From: Candidatus Bathyarchaeia archaeon | GTDB taxonomy: Archaea; Thermoproteota; CALKCG01; B24 | Direction of reading: 5' to 3' | DNA: 64,000 nucleotides | Assembly: GCA_038870975.1 (NCBI GenBank) | Contig: JAVZJD010000001.1 | Location: forward strand, 320,001-384,000 | Shown here: one piece after another, positions 29,940-40,856 of the stretch | How the letters are laid out: each line of letters starts with the position of its first letter | Numbering within the stretch: position 1 is the first letter of the stretch | Made by a program: the position numbers and the translations under genes | The notes under the pieces: generated by a model | Databases searched by the model: none | What the model saw: the letters and a program-made list of their open reading frames with translations, nothing else | Told to the model about the DNA's origin: nothing

Positions 29940-30545
29940 TCACTCCACTTTTTGACAATACTTCATCAATGGGCATTTCGCACACAGCCTCTTCTTACAG
30001 TACTCTAAGTTTAATCTTACTAGAGCTGACTCGTAAAGCTCTACATTTTTTAAACCTATGCGCTGAGCTGTTTCTACAGCCATTTTAGACGGTTTTGGTC
30101 TTGCTTTATCCCATATACCTCTAAGCTCCCTTAGGAATATATTTACTGCAACTGGACCAACGCCCTTAAACGTTTGTAGTATCCTCTCAAGATCTTCTGG
30201 GCTACTTGCTTTTGCATATAGTTCTTCTAGACTTCCATATTCTGTTTTAAGCTTTTCCATTATTCTCATTAAGTTTATGGCTGTTGAAAAGTCATACCTG
30301 ACGTAGCCTCCTGAATCAAGCACTTCAACTAAACGCTCCCATCCAGCTTCAAGTATTTTCTCTGGCGTTGTAAGTCCCTCTTCGATAAAACGCCGGTAGG
30401 TTCTCTTAGCTATATCAGCTGAGACCCTCTTTGCAAAGAGTATGGATGCTAAAAACCATTTAAATCTATCTTCAGGTTTTGTTAGGTCTAAACCCAGTTC
30501 TTCAGAGTAGCTTCTTAACCTTGAAATAACCTCTTCAACGCTCAT
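29940..30545 (-). CDS. HhH-GPD superfamily (EndoIII-related) protein with C-terminal 4-Cys motif
   Basis: FKWFLASILF, GYVRYD, HhH FKGVGP and CKKRLCAKCPLMKYC. Confidence 0.75.
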   Translation of the reverse strand: MSVEEVISRLRSYSEELGLDLTKPEDRFKWFLASILFAKRVSADIAKRTYRRFIEEGLTTPEKILEAGWERLVEVLDSGGYVRYDFSTAINLMRIMEKLKTEYGSLEELYAKASSPEDLERILQTFKGVGPVAVNIFLRELRGIWDKARPKPSKMAVETAQRIGLKNVELYESALVRLNLEYCKKRLCAKCPLMKYCQKVE

Positions 30546-30702
30546 TGAAACCCCTATATAATGCATTATACTAGTATACTAAAACCATTGCATCTCCCTT
30601 AAAGTTTAAGATAGCAGTGTTATCATAGTTTGGATTTGAAAGTACGTGAATTGACAAGTAAAGCAACGTTTTTAACCTTGTCTTAAAATGTTTGGTTAGA
30701 AT

Positions 30703-32652
30703 ATGGTCTTTGATAATCCCTGGGGTGTATTTTTAACAGAAGCCCATAGTGTTTTAGAAAAAGCATTCAAACTGGCTTATCCGGAAATTGAAGTGAATAT
30801 TCAGCTTGATAAGCCACCATCTCGAGAATATGGAGATTTAAGCTGTTCAGCCTGTTTAAGTCTCGCTAAGAAAATCTCTACCGATCCTATGGAGGTTGCG
30901 GAGACTGTTCTTAAACAAATATCTTTGGAAGGTTCAATTTTCATAGAGAAAATTCTCGTCAGTAAACCTGGCTATTTAAACATATACTTGAAGCGTCCTA
31001 TAATGATAGGAGAGGCTTTGAATTCAGCTTTAACACTTAAAGACGAATGGGGATATGTTAAAACAGATAAGTCTCTCAGGATAGTTGTAGAGCATACTAG
31101 TGTTAATCCAATACACCCTATAACAATTGGACATGCTAGAAATACGTTTCTGGGGGATTCTCTAGCGAGGATTCTCAGCGCCCGCGGTCACCGTGTTTTA
31201 AGACACTTCTACGTCGATGATGTTGGCGGTCAAGTGGCGCTCTTAGCTTATGCATATAAACTGGTTGGTGATACAATATTCAAGCTTGACGTGAAACCAG
31301 ACCACGCTATAGGTAGAGTTTATACGATGATATCTGCTTTAGTTGAAATTAGAAAGCTCAGGAATAAAGCTGAAGCTCTTAAAAAATTGGGTAAATATGA
31401 AGAAGCTAGACGGGTAGAAGAGGAGCTTTCAGAATGGATGGTAATACTATCCGAAGTTGAAAGGAAGAACTCAGACATTCTCCAAATACTCTTAAACGGT
31501 ATGAAGTCTCTAGATCCAGAGGAAGAAGTCAGAGAGATCTTAAGAGCCTATGAGCTTGGATCTGAAGAAGCAAAAAAATTAATCAGACCGATAGTGGAGA
31601 AGTGTCTCACAGGGTTTAAAGAAACCCTTGAAAGAGTAGGTGTTTCGTTCGATTTTTGGGATTGGGAGAGCGAAGTCGTCTGGTCCAACCTTGTTAAAAA
31701 AGTTTTATATGGGCTTATGAAGAGTGGCTATGTTAAATTTGAAAACAATGTGCCTGAATTTGAAGCTGGAAAAATAGTTGAGGACCCGATTGTAAGGAGA
31801 AGACTAAGAATACCAGATGGGTTTGAAATACCTAGCTTAACTCTCCTAAGAGCCGATGGATTAACGCTTTATCCAACTAGAGACATAGCATATAGCATAC
31901 TTAAGTTCCAAAACGCCGATAGAGTGATAAACGTTGTAGGATTCGACCAGACTCTTCCCCAAATACATGTCCGTATAGCATTATACGTCTTAGGCTACAA
32001 AGAGCAAGCCGAAAATCAACTACACTATTCTTATGGACTTGTTAAGTTTCCCGGATTTAAAATGAGTAGTAGAAGAGGTAGATACATAACGCTTGACCAT
32101 CTTTTAGATGAGGCAGAAGCTCGAGCCTATATGGAGGTTAGTAAAATATCGCCACACCTATCTGAAGATGAAAGACGAAGGATAGCTAAAAACGTCGGTG
32201 TAAGCGCTGTGAAATACAGCCTTATAAGCGTAGAGCCTTTTAAAGATGTAGTTTTCGATTGGGATCGGGTTTTGGACTTTAAGAGGAATAGTGCACCTTT
32301 CATACTCTATGCTTATGCTAGAGCCCATGGTATAACCTCAAAAGCTGGTAAAGAATCTCTTAAAGAATTTGACCCGACATTACTAACGCAACCTCTTGAA
32401 GAAGAGCTTGGTTTAAACATAGCAATGTTTCCACAAGTCTTCATAGAGGCCTCTGAAGAACTTTCTCCTCATACGTTAGCCATGTACTGTAGCAGTTTAG
32501 CGACTACTTTTAACTCTTTCTACGACAGCCATCCCGTTATCAAAGCTGAAAAAGGTATTAGAGAAGCGAGATTGGCTTTAGTTGAAGCGTTCAAAATAAC
32601 AATGAGGAATGCTTTAAAATTGATAGGTATAGAGCCTGTGGAGAGGATGTAA
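30703..32652 (+). CDS. argS: arginine-tRNA ligase
   Basis: EHTSVNP..TIGHARN, KMSSRRG, YAYAR and C-terminal ERM. Confidence 0.95.
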   Translation: MVFDNPWGVFLTEAHSVLEKAFKLAYPEIEVNIQLDKPPSREYGDLSCSACLSLAKKISTDPMEVAETVLKQISLEGSIFIEKILVSKPGYLNIYLKRPIMIGEALNSALTLKDEWGYVKTDKSLRIVVEHTSVNPIHPITIGHARNTFLGDSLARILSARGHRVLRHFYVDDVGGQVALLAYAYKLVGDTIFKLDVKPDHAIGRVYTMISALVEIRKLRNKAEALKKLGKYEEARRVEEELSEWMVILSEVERKNSDILQILLNGMKSLDPEEEVREILRAYELGSEEAKKLIRPIVEKCLTGFKETLERVGVSFDFWDWESEVVWSNLVKKVLYGLMKSGYVKFENNVPEFEAGKIVEDPIVRRRLRIPDGFEIPSLTLLRADGLTLYPTRDIAYSILKFQNADRVINVVGFDQTLPQIHVRIALYVLGYKEQAENQLHYSYGLVKFPGFKMSSRRGRYITLDHLLDEAEARAYMEVSKISPHLSEDERRRIAKNVGVSAVKYSLISVEPFKDVVFDWDRVLDFKRNSAPFILYAYARAHGITSKAGKESLKEFDPTLLTQPLEEELGLNIAMFPQVFIEASEELSPHTLAMYCSSLATTFNSFYDSHPVIKAEKGIREARLALVEAFKITMRNALKLIGIEPVERM

Positions 32653-32702
32653 AATCAAAAAATATGCTTCTACTTCAAAAGCCTCTTATGCTTTTAAGAC
32701 TT

Positions 32703-33569
32703 TTAAGATGCTCTTTTAAGATGCTCTTCAAAGAATTTTAAAACTCTTTTAAGCATGGGCTCAAGAGGGATTCCATGTCCCGATTCATACCAATAAACTT
32801 CTTTTGGTTCTCCGGCTTTTTCAGTTAATAGCCTTTGTGTTTCAGCTGGAACTATATCGTCGTATTTTCCACAGTGGAATTGGATAGGTTTCGGAGCAAA
32901 CAGATGTATGAAATTTAAAGGGTCTACTGGCGCTAAGATTTCATTAAGTTTATCGTAGCTTAATCCACGTCTTTTCAACTCCTCTCTTATTGGATATGTT
33001 GAATAGTGCTTACTCTCTTTAATCATGAGAGGTAAATTTCCTCCTCCGACAACTATAACCGCTGCTTTAATCCTAGGTTCGACGCTTATGAAAAGCGACC
33101 CTATTATACCACCCATGCTTCCACCAGCATAACCTATTTTCTCACATTGTATCTCTGGTCTTTGCTCGAGAAAGTCTATTCCTCTTCTTAAATCGAGAAC
33201 TGTTTGTACAACATTAGATTTGAGCTCCTCAATGTTGGGGGAGTACAACACTTTACCTGGTTCTCTACGCTCACCATGTAGAGGTGCATCTATCGATAGG
33301 AAAGCATATCCTTCTTTTGAAAATACCTCTGCTAATGGCAGTATGTCTTCTTTTCTTCCATCATATCCATGTAGGAAAACTATACATGGATGTATCTGTA
33401 CATCAATTTTAGGTAGTGTAAGTATGGCGGGTACTCTTACGTCTCCTACACTACTATAGTAGACTTTATATGCTAGATAATCTGTCTTTTCAAATAACTT
33501 TGAAATTTCTAAGTTTAAAGGCTTTGATTTATCGTATTCATAAATTTTAAGATATTCCTCTAGAGACAT
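32703..33569 (-). CDS. alpha/beta hydrolase (acetylxylan esterase-like)
   Basis: HG oxyanion motif, GGSMGG nucleophile, DDIVP and GH. Confidence 0.85.
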   Translation of the reverse strand: MSLEEYLKIYEYDKSKPLNLEISKLFEKTDYLAYKVYYSSVGDVRVPAILTLPKIDVQIHPCIVFLHGYDGRKEDILPLAEVFSKEGYAFLSIDAPLHGERREPGKVLYSPNIEELKSNVVQTVLDLRRGIDFLEQRPEIQCEKIGYAGGSMGGIIGSLFISVEPRIKAAVIVVGGGNLPLMIKESKHYSTYPIREELKRRGLSYDKLNEILAPVDPLNFIHLFAPKPIQFHCGKYDDIVPAETQRLLTEKAGEPKEVYWYESGHGIPLEPMLKRVLKFFEEHLKRAS

Positions 33570-33728
33570 ACACCGTTTAAAAATACGGAAGAAACACTTT
33601 TAAGCATAGCTTTTTCTGTTTAAAAGACGAATTTTTAATCGGGCAGAGTCCCAGTAGTTAATTTCCAGTGATGTAATTACTCCGATGAAGTTAAACTAAA
33701 ATTAAACTTCAGTCTTTTATTAATCGTC

Positions 33729-34721
33729 ATGTATATGAACTTCGGTCAAGAAGAGGTCTATAGGAAACAAATAGAAATCCTTCGGATTTTAAGTGAACAG
33801 AATGAGCCTATAGGTTCTTCACTGCTGAGGAGGGAACTCGCCAAGAGGGGGTTTCCATTAAGTGAAAGAGCCATAAGATACCACTTAAAACTTTTAGAGG
33901 AGAGGGGGCTTGTAGAAGGGCATGAGAAGGCTGGTCGGACGATTACTGAGTTGGGACTGGAAGAGCTCAGTAGAGCTTTAGCATATGAGAGAGTAGGTTT
34001 TATTCTAACATGGTATCTCTCTCTAGCCTATAGAGTTACGTATTCTCCGGAAAGTGGAAAAGGTGAAGTTGTAGCCAATGTATTTATGGTCGATAGAAAT
34101 TTTAAAGAAGAAGCGATTAAAGCTGTTAGAAATCTCTACTACGCTGGGCTTCTGCCAGCTCCCTATGTTAAAATTTTGGACGAAGAAGAGTACCGAGAAA
34201 TATCAGCTCCAGAGGGTAAAATAGCCCTAATGACCGTCTGCAATTTAACAATAGATGGTATTCTCATACACTCTGGAGTACCTTTAATTTTAAAATACGG
34301 TGGACTTGTCCAATTCATAAAATGGAAGCCTATAAGATTTACAGAATTAATAGCTTACGATTCTACAACAGTACCGCCACTTGAAGTATTTGTCTACAGG
34401 AAAATGACTTCAATAGCAAGCATCTTGAAGACAGGCTCCGGAATGATACCCGCAAACATAAGAGAGATACCTGCAGTCTCAATGGATCAGACATTTAAGA
34501 TAATTGAAGAGCTTAAAAAGAGTGGTTGGGGAGGTATTCTAGCTTTTGGCAAACCTAATGAACCGATTCTAGGAGTACCTGTATCAATGGATAGATGTGG
34601 GATTTCTATGGTAGGTGGTCTCATTCCAGCAGCGCTGTTAACTGAGATGGGAATCCCGGTTGAGACATATGCTCCTCATTGTCTAGTACCGATAGAAGAC
34701 ATGGAGAAAGTAAAGGAATAA
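33729..34721 (+). CDS. NrpR-family (wHTH + DUF128) transcriptional regulator
   Basis: IEILRIL..PIGS..ERAIRYHL, TVCNLTIDG and GGL.P. Confidence 0.85.
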   Translation: MYMNFGQEEVYRKQIEILRILSEQNEPIGSSLLRRELAKRGFPLSERAIRYHLKLLEERGLVEGHEKAGRTITELGLEELSRALAYERVGFILTWYLSLAYRVTYSPESGKGEVVANVFMVDRNFKEEAIKAVRNLYYAGLLPAPYVKILDEEEYREISAPEGKIALMTVCNLTIDGILIHSGVPLILKYGGLVQFIKWKPIRFTELIAYDSTTVPPLEVFVYRKMTSIASILKTGSGMIPANIREIPAVSMDQTFKIIEELKKSGWGGILAFGKPNEPILGVPVSMDRCGISMVGGLIPAALLTEMGIPVETYAPHCLVPIEDMEKVKE

Positions 34722-34806
34722 TCTACGTCAATATTGCAATTAACATTTTTCGTATTAAAGTTGTCGCACGTCTATACTTTAGATTATTCAATTTACCAAT
34801 CACATT

Positions 34807-35382
34807 TTATCTATCTCTAGGTTTAGCTATGATCTCCCTGATAATCATATCGAATATTCTTGTTGAATTTGCCGGTCTAATAACTATAGCTGTGTCAGCT
34901 CCCTTACCAGTCCCAGCTATACTTATCACATCTTTATCTACTGGTATTAAACCAGCGTCAGTAGCCATAGCCGTAATTTCAACGGCAACTTTCATCCCTT
35001 CGCAGAAAAGCCTTAAAGTTTGCGCCATTATTTCCACCGGATATACCGTGTTAAATTTATTCCTTATAGCTCTTTCAACGTTCATGAAAACGTGTGTTCC
35101 CGTGAATACTTTACCTCCATTCGCCACTATCAGCCTACGGTTTTCTTCCGTCATCTCTTGTTTCCCCGGCTCTCTAAAACCAGTATGATGAGTCACAACG
35201 ACTAAGTTGAACCCTTTAAAAACCTTTGAAGCTTTAACGCCAGTTTCACCTCTAGTCGACGCAACAACAATATCTCTTATTCCTAGTTCTTCAGCTCTCT
35301 TCTTCGCTAGGGCTAAAACAGCCTCAGTATTCTCTTCACCAGGCTTACTGAAATAAACTACGGTTTTCTCAATCGTGCTCAT
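34807..35382 (-). CDS. MTH1675-like / pyruvate kinase C-terminal-like domain protein
   Basis: YF.KPG.ENT, VVASTRGETG, GMKVAVEI..MA.DAG and GTGKGADTA. Confidence 0.85.
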   Translation of the reverse strand: MSTIEKTVVYFSKPGEENTEAVLALAKKRAEELGIRDIVVASTRGETGVKASKVFKGFNLVVVTHHTGFREPGKQEMTEENRRLIVANGGKVFTGTHVFMNVERAIRNKFNTVYPVEIMAQTLRLFCEGMKVAVEITAMATDAGLIPVDKDVISIAGTGKGADTAIVIRPANSTRIFDMIIREIIAKPRDR

Positions 35383-35815
35383 AGAGTTACACCGGTTTAC
35401 AATTACAGAGTGTTTTTACTAAAGTCTTTCCCTCAATCTATATTGGAAATCGTCTCTTTAAGGAAGTAGTTAAGAAGGTTGGTGCACCAAGCTTAACAGA
35501 GAACGTCATGGTTGGTAAAAATTATCCAAGTCTATGATACGCAAAATATGCTTTGGTCTGAAAGTATGTTGACCGAGAATAGGCATTTGCTTAAGAGTCT
35601 GTTAAGCAGTATATGGCGAGTTTAGGTTTGAAAGTCATTAGGCTTAATGACTTCATTTCCTACATGCATTAGACTAATTGGGAAAACGTGTGAAATACCA
35701 GTTAAATATAGCACAGAAAAATTTGCAACCATTCGTCCACTATTGAATAGTTAAATATGGGGATTAGTTGCAAATAAATAGTAAGTTAATCTGATTTAAT
35801 GAAGAGGGTTAAAGG

Positions 35816-37057
35816 TTGAATGTAAGTATTAAAGAGCTTTGGAGTTTAGAAGTAGGAGTTGGACCGGCTGAACACGGTGTGTATAAATTTGGATATCTAT
35901 GGCTTTCTCCAACTTTTAAAAACCAATTTTGGAAAGTCGACCCTGAAACCGGTTCAATTTTGAAAACGTATGATATGCCTGGTAACGTCTGGGGCGCACC
36001 GTGGGTTGATGAAAACCGCCTATACGGTGCTTCAACTAAAGGCTTTGTAAAATGCTTCACACATGACGGTGAAGTAGTATGGAATGTAAACCCCAACTTA
36101 GACGATTTCCTAGCGGAAGCTATCACTGAAGCTTGGAGCCGTTATATAGCTGTTCAATTTCCAATGGGGCTAGCGATCATTAGGAAGAGCGACGGAGCAA
36201 TCAAATGGTGTATAGAGTGGACTCCTGAGACTGGAGAAGGTGAATATGGTCAAGAACCGACGTTCAACCCCGAAACCGGTCTACTGTGGGTCTGTAAACC
36301 GACAGTTGACAATAACTTAGAAGCTTACGATCTAAATGGACGTTTAATACGTAGACTTACCCTTCCAAGTCCTCCGACAACTTATGCTTGTCCTCAAATT
36401 TGGAAAAACCTCATGGCTATCGTATGCCGTAAAGACGTAGTGGTTGTAGATCATATGACTGGTAGAATCGTGTGGTCTAAAAGGTTTGAACACGTTAAAT
36501 ACGGAGATTGGCCGCCTGAGTATCCTCTGGCCGGTGGACCGCGTACCATAACACCTGATGGACGGTTAATAGTGTGGTTGGCGGATGGCGATATATACTG
36601 TTTCAGCCTTGAAACTGGAGTAGAACTATGGCATATAAGCCTAGTAAACCTCGGATACGCGTCGAGAGACTGCAGTGACCCTTGGGGTTATGCTGGAGGA
36701 GCCGCGTCAGACGGCGTCTTCATAATCTTGGGAAGAAACAATCTACCTATGTCATCTGATGGCCTTTTCGAAATTATGAAGAATAGGCTTTTCATCATAG
36801 ACTACTTTACCGGCTCTATTGCGGCGGTTTCAGAGCCTAAGTATCAAATGTCCTGTTGCTGTAAGCCTATAGTTGCTGAAGGACGGGTAATCATAGGTTC
36901 ATGGTATAAGGACTCAGAGGGACGAAAATACCCTGCTAGATACTACTGTTGGAGGTTAAAGACATTGGAAAAACGCATCTTAAGGAATATGGATTACGAG
37001 TGGCTCGGTTCATACTATCATGGAGGATACTCCGTAGGAACGATTTTAGGAATCTAA
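35816..37057 (+). CDS. PQQ-like beta-propeller repeat protein
   Basis: Repeated D..TG...W blade motifs; no signal peptide. Confidence 0.75.
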   Translation: MNVSIKELWSLEVGVGPAEHGVYKFGYLWLSPTFKNQFWKVDPETGSILKTYDMPGNVWGAPWVDENRLYGASTKGFVKCFTHDGEVVWNVNPNLDDFLAEAITEAWSRYIAVQFPMGLAIIRKSDGAIKWCIEWTPETGEGEYGQEPTFNPETGLLWVCKPTVDNNLEAYDLNGRLIRRLTLPSPPTTYACPQIWKNLMAIVCRKDVVVVDHMTGRIVWSKRFEHVKYGDWPPEYPLAGGPRTITPDGRLIVWLADGDIYCFSLETGVELWHISLVNLGYASRDCSDPWGYAGGAASDGVFIILGRNNLPMSSDGLFEIMKNRLFIIDYFTGSIAAVSEPKYQMSCCCKPIVAEGRVIIGSWYKDSEGRKYPARYYCWRLKTLEKRILRNMDYEWLGSYYHGGYSVGTILGI

Positions 37058-37081
37058 CACGGTATTTTAAACTGTTTAACT

Positions 37082-38113
37082 TTATCCACTTCCATATAAA
37101 TACTCTCTTACTGTTTCAATTATGCCGTTAGTTACATCCCGTTCATTCACGGTGGTGTAGAATAATCTATTCTCCTCAGCGTACTTCCTAGTCTCTTTCA
37201 ACGCTGTAACAACGTCTGCCCACGTCACATTCATATCCTCAGGGCGTATACGCACTCCAACTTCTTCTATACTTTTCCGTATTCCTTCCGGGTCGTTATC
37301 TTGAAGGAGCGACATGAATATTATTCCTAGACACACAGGCTCACCATGAATAAACGCCTTTCTAGTTAAATACTCCAAAGTATAGAAAAAGAAGTGTTCA
37401 CATCCTTCAATATGGCGGGGGTTCCATCCTGAGTTGTGATAGCTTGCTCCAGTCCAACGATGGGCCTCCATTAAAGTTTTAATCCCTACATCAGAAACCT
37501 TATGGATTTCATGAGTTTTTTCTCTAACGCTCTGAAGCACTTTTCTAGCTTCAGCTGCCAACTCCTCATCCCAAGGCCACAGCTCTTCTTTCCCCCGCTC
37601 CGTAGCAAGCTTCCAATCATATAAAGCTGTGTGAATACAGAATACATCGCCTACACCTGCATGGTTTAAGTGAGGTGGTGCTCTTCTAATCAGATCGTAG
37701 TCTACGTAAACTACTTCTGGAACAGCCCATCCGATGTAACGGACAACTCCCTTTATCCGTATAGCACATCGATGAGTGAAAGCGGCATTGGTAGATGTAA
37801 TCGTAGGTACTTGGAAAAGCGGCATGTTCCTACGCCAAGCTATGAACTTAGCTACATCCATAGCTCTTCCTCCACCCACGCCTATGACACTCATGGCTTT
37901 TGGAAGGTTCCTTACAAGTTCTTCTAATCGGTCGAGCTCTAAAGACTCAACGAAGTGAACGTAAGCTAAATCTTTACTCCCCAATTCATCTTCTAAAAGA
38001 TGCCATAATTCTCTCATTGTAACAACTATATATGGAGTTGGAGCTGTCTCAGCTAGACCTGTTATCAGTTTTCTTCCATAAACTGTATGGAATGAATAAT
38101 CGCCGGAGAGCAA
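37082..38113 (-). CDS. glycerol-1-phosphate dehydrogenase-like (EgsA/AraM) Zn/Fe alcohol dehydrogenase
   Basis: GVGGGRAMDVAK, VPT, G.GD, EH and HGE metal ligands. Confidence 0.75.
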   Translation of the reverse strand: MLSGDYSFHTVYGRKLITGLAETAPTPYIVVTMRELWHLLEDELGSKDLAYVHFVESLELDRLEELVRNLPKAMSVIGVGGGRAMDVAKFIAWRRNMPLFQVPTITSTNAAFTHRCAIRIKGVVRYIGWAVPEVVYVDYDLIRRAPPHLNHAGVGDVFCIHTALYDWKLATERGKEELWPWDEELAAEARKVLQSVREKTHEIHKVSDVGIKTLMEAHRWTGASYHNSGWNPRHIEGCEHFFFYTLEYLTRKAFIHGEPVCLGIIFMSLLQDNDPEGIRKSIEEVGVRIRPEDMNVTWADVVTALKETRKYAEENRLFYTTVNERDVTNGIIETVREYLYGSG

Positions 38114-38346
38114 CTCAATCGGAAAATTTACTTGAAAACTATATAAAACTTAACTAAATATGCTGAAACTCGAGTAGTTGTTCCAAAAAAGTAAGTTTAG
38201 GCTTTAACTTTCTACTTATCACATGGCAAGCCTGTCGTTCCGACTGCCAGTATCCATAAAAATTCCTTAGAATTTTAGTGAAAGTAAAATCTTTATCGCA
38301 ATTTTGAAATAGTTTAAACTGGTTATTTATGTTGCGGAGAATAAGC

Positions 38347-39861
38347 ATGAAAAACCCTATCGTAAAATTACGTGAAAAAGCCTCGTCAACACACCGAAGA
38401 CTATATGCACTGATTTTCAGCCCATTTATGATAGGTCTGTTTAGCCTACTATGGTTTATCTTTAGAACTGGAACGAAGCCTTCGAGAATCGTCTATCCAT
38501 GTCAAAGAATAGCTGCCGCAAACAGCTATCTTTGGCTGTCAGTATACATATTCCCCATCTTTCGTGCTATAAACCAAAAAATCCGTAGAAAATTCAATTG
38601 GAGGAGACTTCTTCCAGTAGTACTTGCAATACTGATCATCGGAGGGTCTATAGCCTTATGGAACTTATATGAAGCTGTAAGAAAAAGAGAGCTGAGAGAA
38701 TTGGGTTTGAAGATTGTTGGAAAGACAGCTAGGTTTGAACCAGCTTCAGATATTTTCGTCGTAAATGGTACTAGAGGTTACGACGATGGAATTTTCAAAC
38801 TGATAAATCTAATGGCTGAACACGGTTTACTGTTTTACAAGTCTCCAGATTATGGTGAGAATAAGGGGCCAAACGGTCTCATTAGTAGAGATGACGTTGT
38901 AATAATAAAGGTGAATAGTCAGTGGGATGAGAGAGGGGGGACAAACACTGATCTAGTTAAAGCTCTTATTCAAGCTATATTGAACCATCCGGATGGATTT
39001 ATCGGTGAAATAGTCGTAGCTGACAATGGGCAGGCACAGTATGGTTCAGCTGGTTCTGGTGGAAGTCTTAATTGGAGTAGGAATAACGCTGAAGATATTT
39101 CACAGTCGATTCAAAGAGTTGTGGACTCCTTTGCCGCCATGGGATATAAAGTTTCCACCTACCTCTGGGATACAATTACTACTAAGAGGGTAGGAGAGTA
39201 CTTTGAAGGTGATATGGAAGACGGCTATGTTGTTAATACCACTGTTAACCCGAGGACTGGAATAATGGTTTCCTACCCTAAGTTTAGAACGATTTTCGGA
39301 ACGTATATAAGTTTTAAATATGGTGTTTGGGATGATGAGGCTAAAACCTACTACAGTGATAAGCTCAAAGTTATTAATTTCCCGGTTTTAAAATCCCACA
39401 GCATATATGGTGTTACGGCGTGTGTGAAGCATTATATGGGTGTTGGCTCAGATAAGCTAACGGCTGCTCTCGGTAGTAGAATGCATAATACTGTAGGTAC
39501 AGGTGGAATGGGGACGGAAATGGTTGAGACGCGGTTTCCAGTATTAAATATAATCGACGCCATATGGGTTAACGCGATACCGGGCAATGGTCCAAGCACG
39601 TCTTACGAGGAAGCAACGAGAGTCAATATAATAGCTGCTAGTACAGATCCGGTTGCTCTAGACTACTGGGCCGCAAAGTATATACTGCTTGAAGTTGCAC
39701 GGTTTAAAGGCTATAGTGGAGTAAACTCTATGGACCCAGATAACGTTGAAATAGGGTCCTTCGGCTACTGGCTTAGGCTTTCAATGGATGAGATTAGAAG
39801 AGCTGGTTATCAGGCAACTGTAGATGAAAACTATATGAATGTTTATGTGGTCCACATATGA
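38347..39861 (+). CDS. membrane-anchored DUF362 domain protein
   Basis: Two N-terminal hydrophobic segments, IIKVN, LKSH..GVT.CVK.YMG, G.GP and DPVALD. Confidence 0.8.
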   Translation: MKNPIVKLREKASSTHRRLYALIFSPFMIGLFSLLWFIFRTGTKPSRIVYPCQRIAAANSYLWLSVYIFPIFRAINQKIRRKFNWRRLLPVVLAILIIGGSIALWNLYEAVRKRELRELGLKIVGKTARFEPASDIFVVNGTRGYDDGIFKLINLMAEHGLLFYKSPDYGENKGPNGLISRDDVVIIKVNSQWDERGGTNTDLVKALIQAILNHPDGFIGEIVVADNGQAQYGSAGSGGSLNWSRNNAEDISQSIQRVVDSFAAMGYKVSTYLWDTITTKRVGEYFEGDMEDGYVVNTTVNPRTGIMVSYPKFRTIFGTYISFKYGVWDDEAKTYYSDKLKVINFPVLKSHSIYGVTACVKHYMGVGSDKLTAALGSRMHNTVGTGGMGTEMVETRFPVLNIIDAIWVNAIPGNGPSTSYEEATRVNIIAASTDPVALDYWAAKYILLEVARFKGYSGVNSMDPDNVEIGSFGYWLRLSMDEIRRAGYQATVDENYMNVYVVHI

Positions 39862-39938
39862 ACTAAGTTTATAACGGAATGGAACCTTCAATACCACGGT
39901 TGCTAGCTTTTCTAAGGTCTCTCAAACTCTGGCTAAGC

Positions 39939-40856
39939 CTAGTATTGTCCTAAAGATCCATCTCTTCTAGCCGCATCATATCCTACTTTAAATACGTACA
40001 GTGCTATTGGGGTTGCTATGATTATAAAGATAACTAAACTCATGATGTTGGAGATTATTACTGGTGACGTTAAATCTTTTCCAGATTGGAGACACAATCG
40101 TATACCGTCGAGTGAATAAGTTAGGGGGAATGCTCTTCCAACCCACTCTAAATACCATGGTAGAAGTTTCAGGGGGTAGAAGACGCCTGATACTAGTTGG
40201 CTCAGCCATGAAAATGCCCAGGTTACTGGGCTACCTTGCTTAACTTTCATTATCACTCCAGTACTCAATATTCCAATATCCATGTGACCTGCGATTAAAA
40301 GTATGGTTAGTATTATTGCTGTTATTATTGATAGTGGGGTTACGTAGAATCTTGCTCCAAGCATGAAACCTATAAGTAGCGACATTAAGAGAAGAATAGA
40401 TGAAACTATAAATGAGAAACACACTTCACCTAAGAGGAATATTCTGAAGTCCGTGGCTGTTGAGAGGATGGTCTCCATCGTCCCATTCCACTGCTCTTCC
40501 CTTATACTCTCGTTTATACTTTGAACTGCAAAGTGAACATACTGTTGAAATGCTATACCTATTAATGCAAAAGTGAAGTAGCCGCCGACTGCGTAGCCAG
40601 CCTCTTGAACCTGCTGAGATGTTGTAATCAGTGAAAAAAGGTAGTATGTAACTACGAATAGAACAATACCCGATACGTCGAGTAGAAGCCAGAACTTATA
40701 AGTCCACCAAACCTTAAAATCCCTGATGACAAAGGATAGAATTATCCAGTGAATCGGTGTCCTCCTTCTAGGAACTTCCTCGGAAATTACCCCAATAAGT
40801 TTTTCAACCTCCACGTTTACACCCACCAACTTAGTATGTTGCGACAGTTCCCTCAT
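39939..40856 (-). CDS. ABC-2 type permease
   Basis: EQWNGTME, SGVFYPL..LP and PLTYSLDGIR. Confidence 0.88.
   Translation of the reverse strand: MRELSQHTKLVGVNVEVEKLIGVISEEVPRRRTPIHWIILSFVIRDFKVWWTYKFWLLLDVSGIVLFVVTYYLFSLITTSQQVQEAGYAVGGYFTFALIGIAFQQYVHFAVQSINESIREEQWNGTMETILSTATDFRIFLLGEVCFSFIVSSILLLMSLLIGFMLGARFYVTPLSIITAIILTILLIAGHMDIGILSTGVIMKVKQGSPVTWAFSWLSQLVSGVFYPLKLLPWYLEWVGRAFPLTYSLDGIRLCLQSGKDLTSPVIISNIMSLVIFIIIATPIALYVFKVGYDAARRDGSLGQY

Noticed and set aside
34679-35188. 169-aa hydrophobic-looking plus-strand ORF
   Set aside because: Antisense to the clearly conserved MTH1675-like gene.
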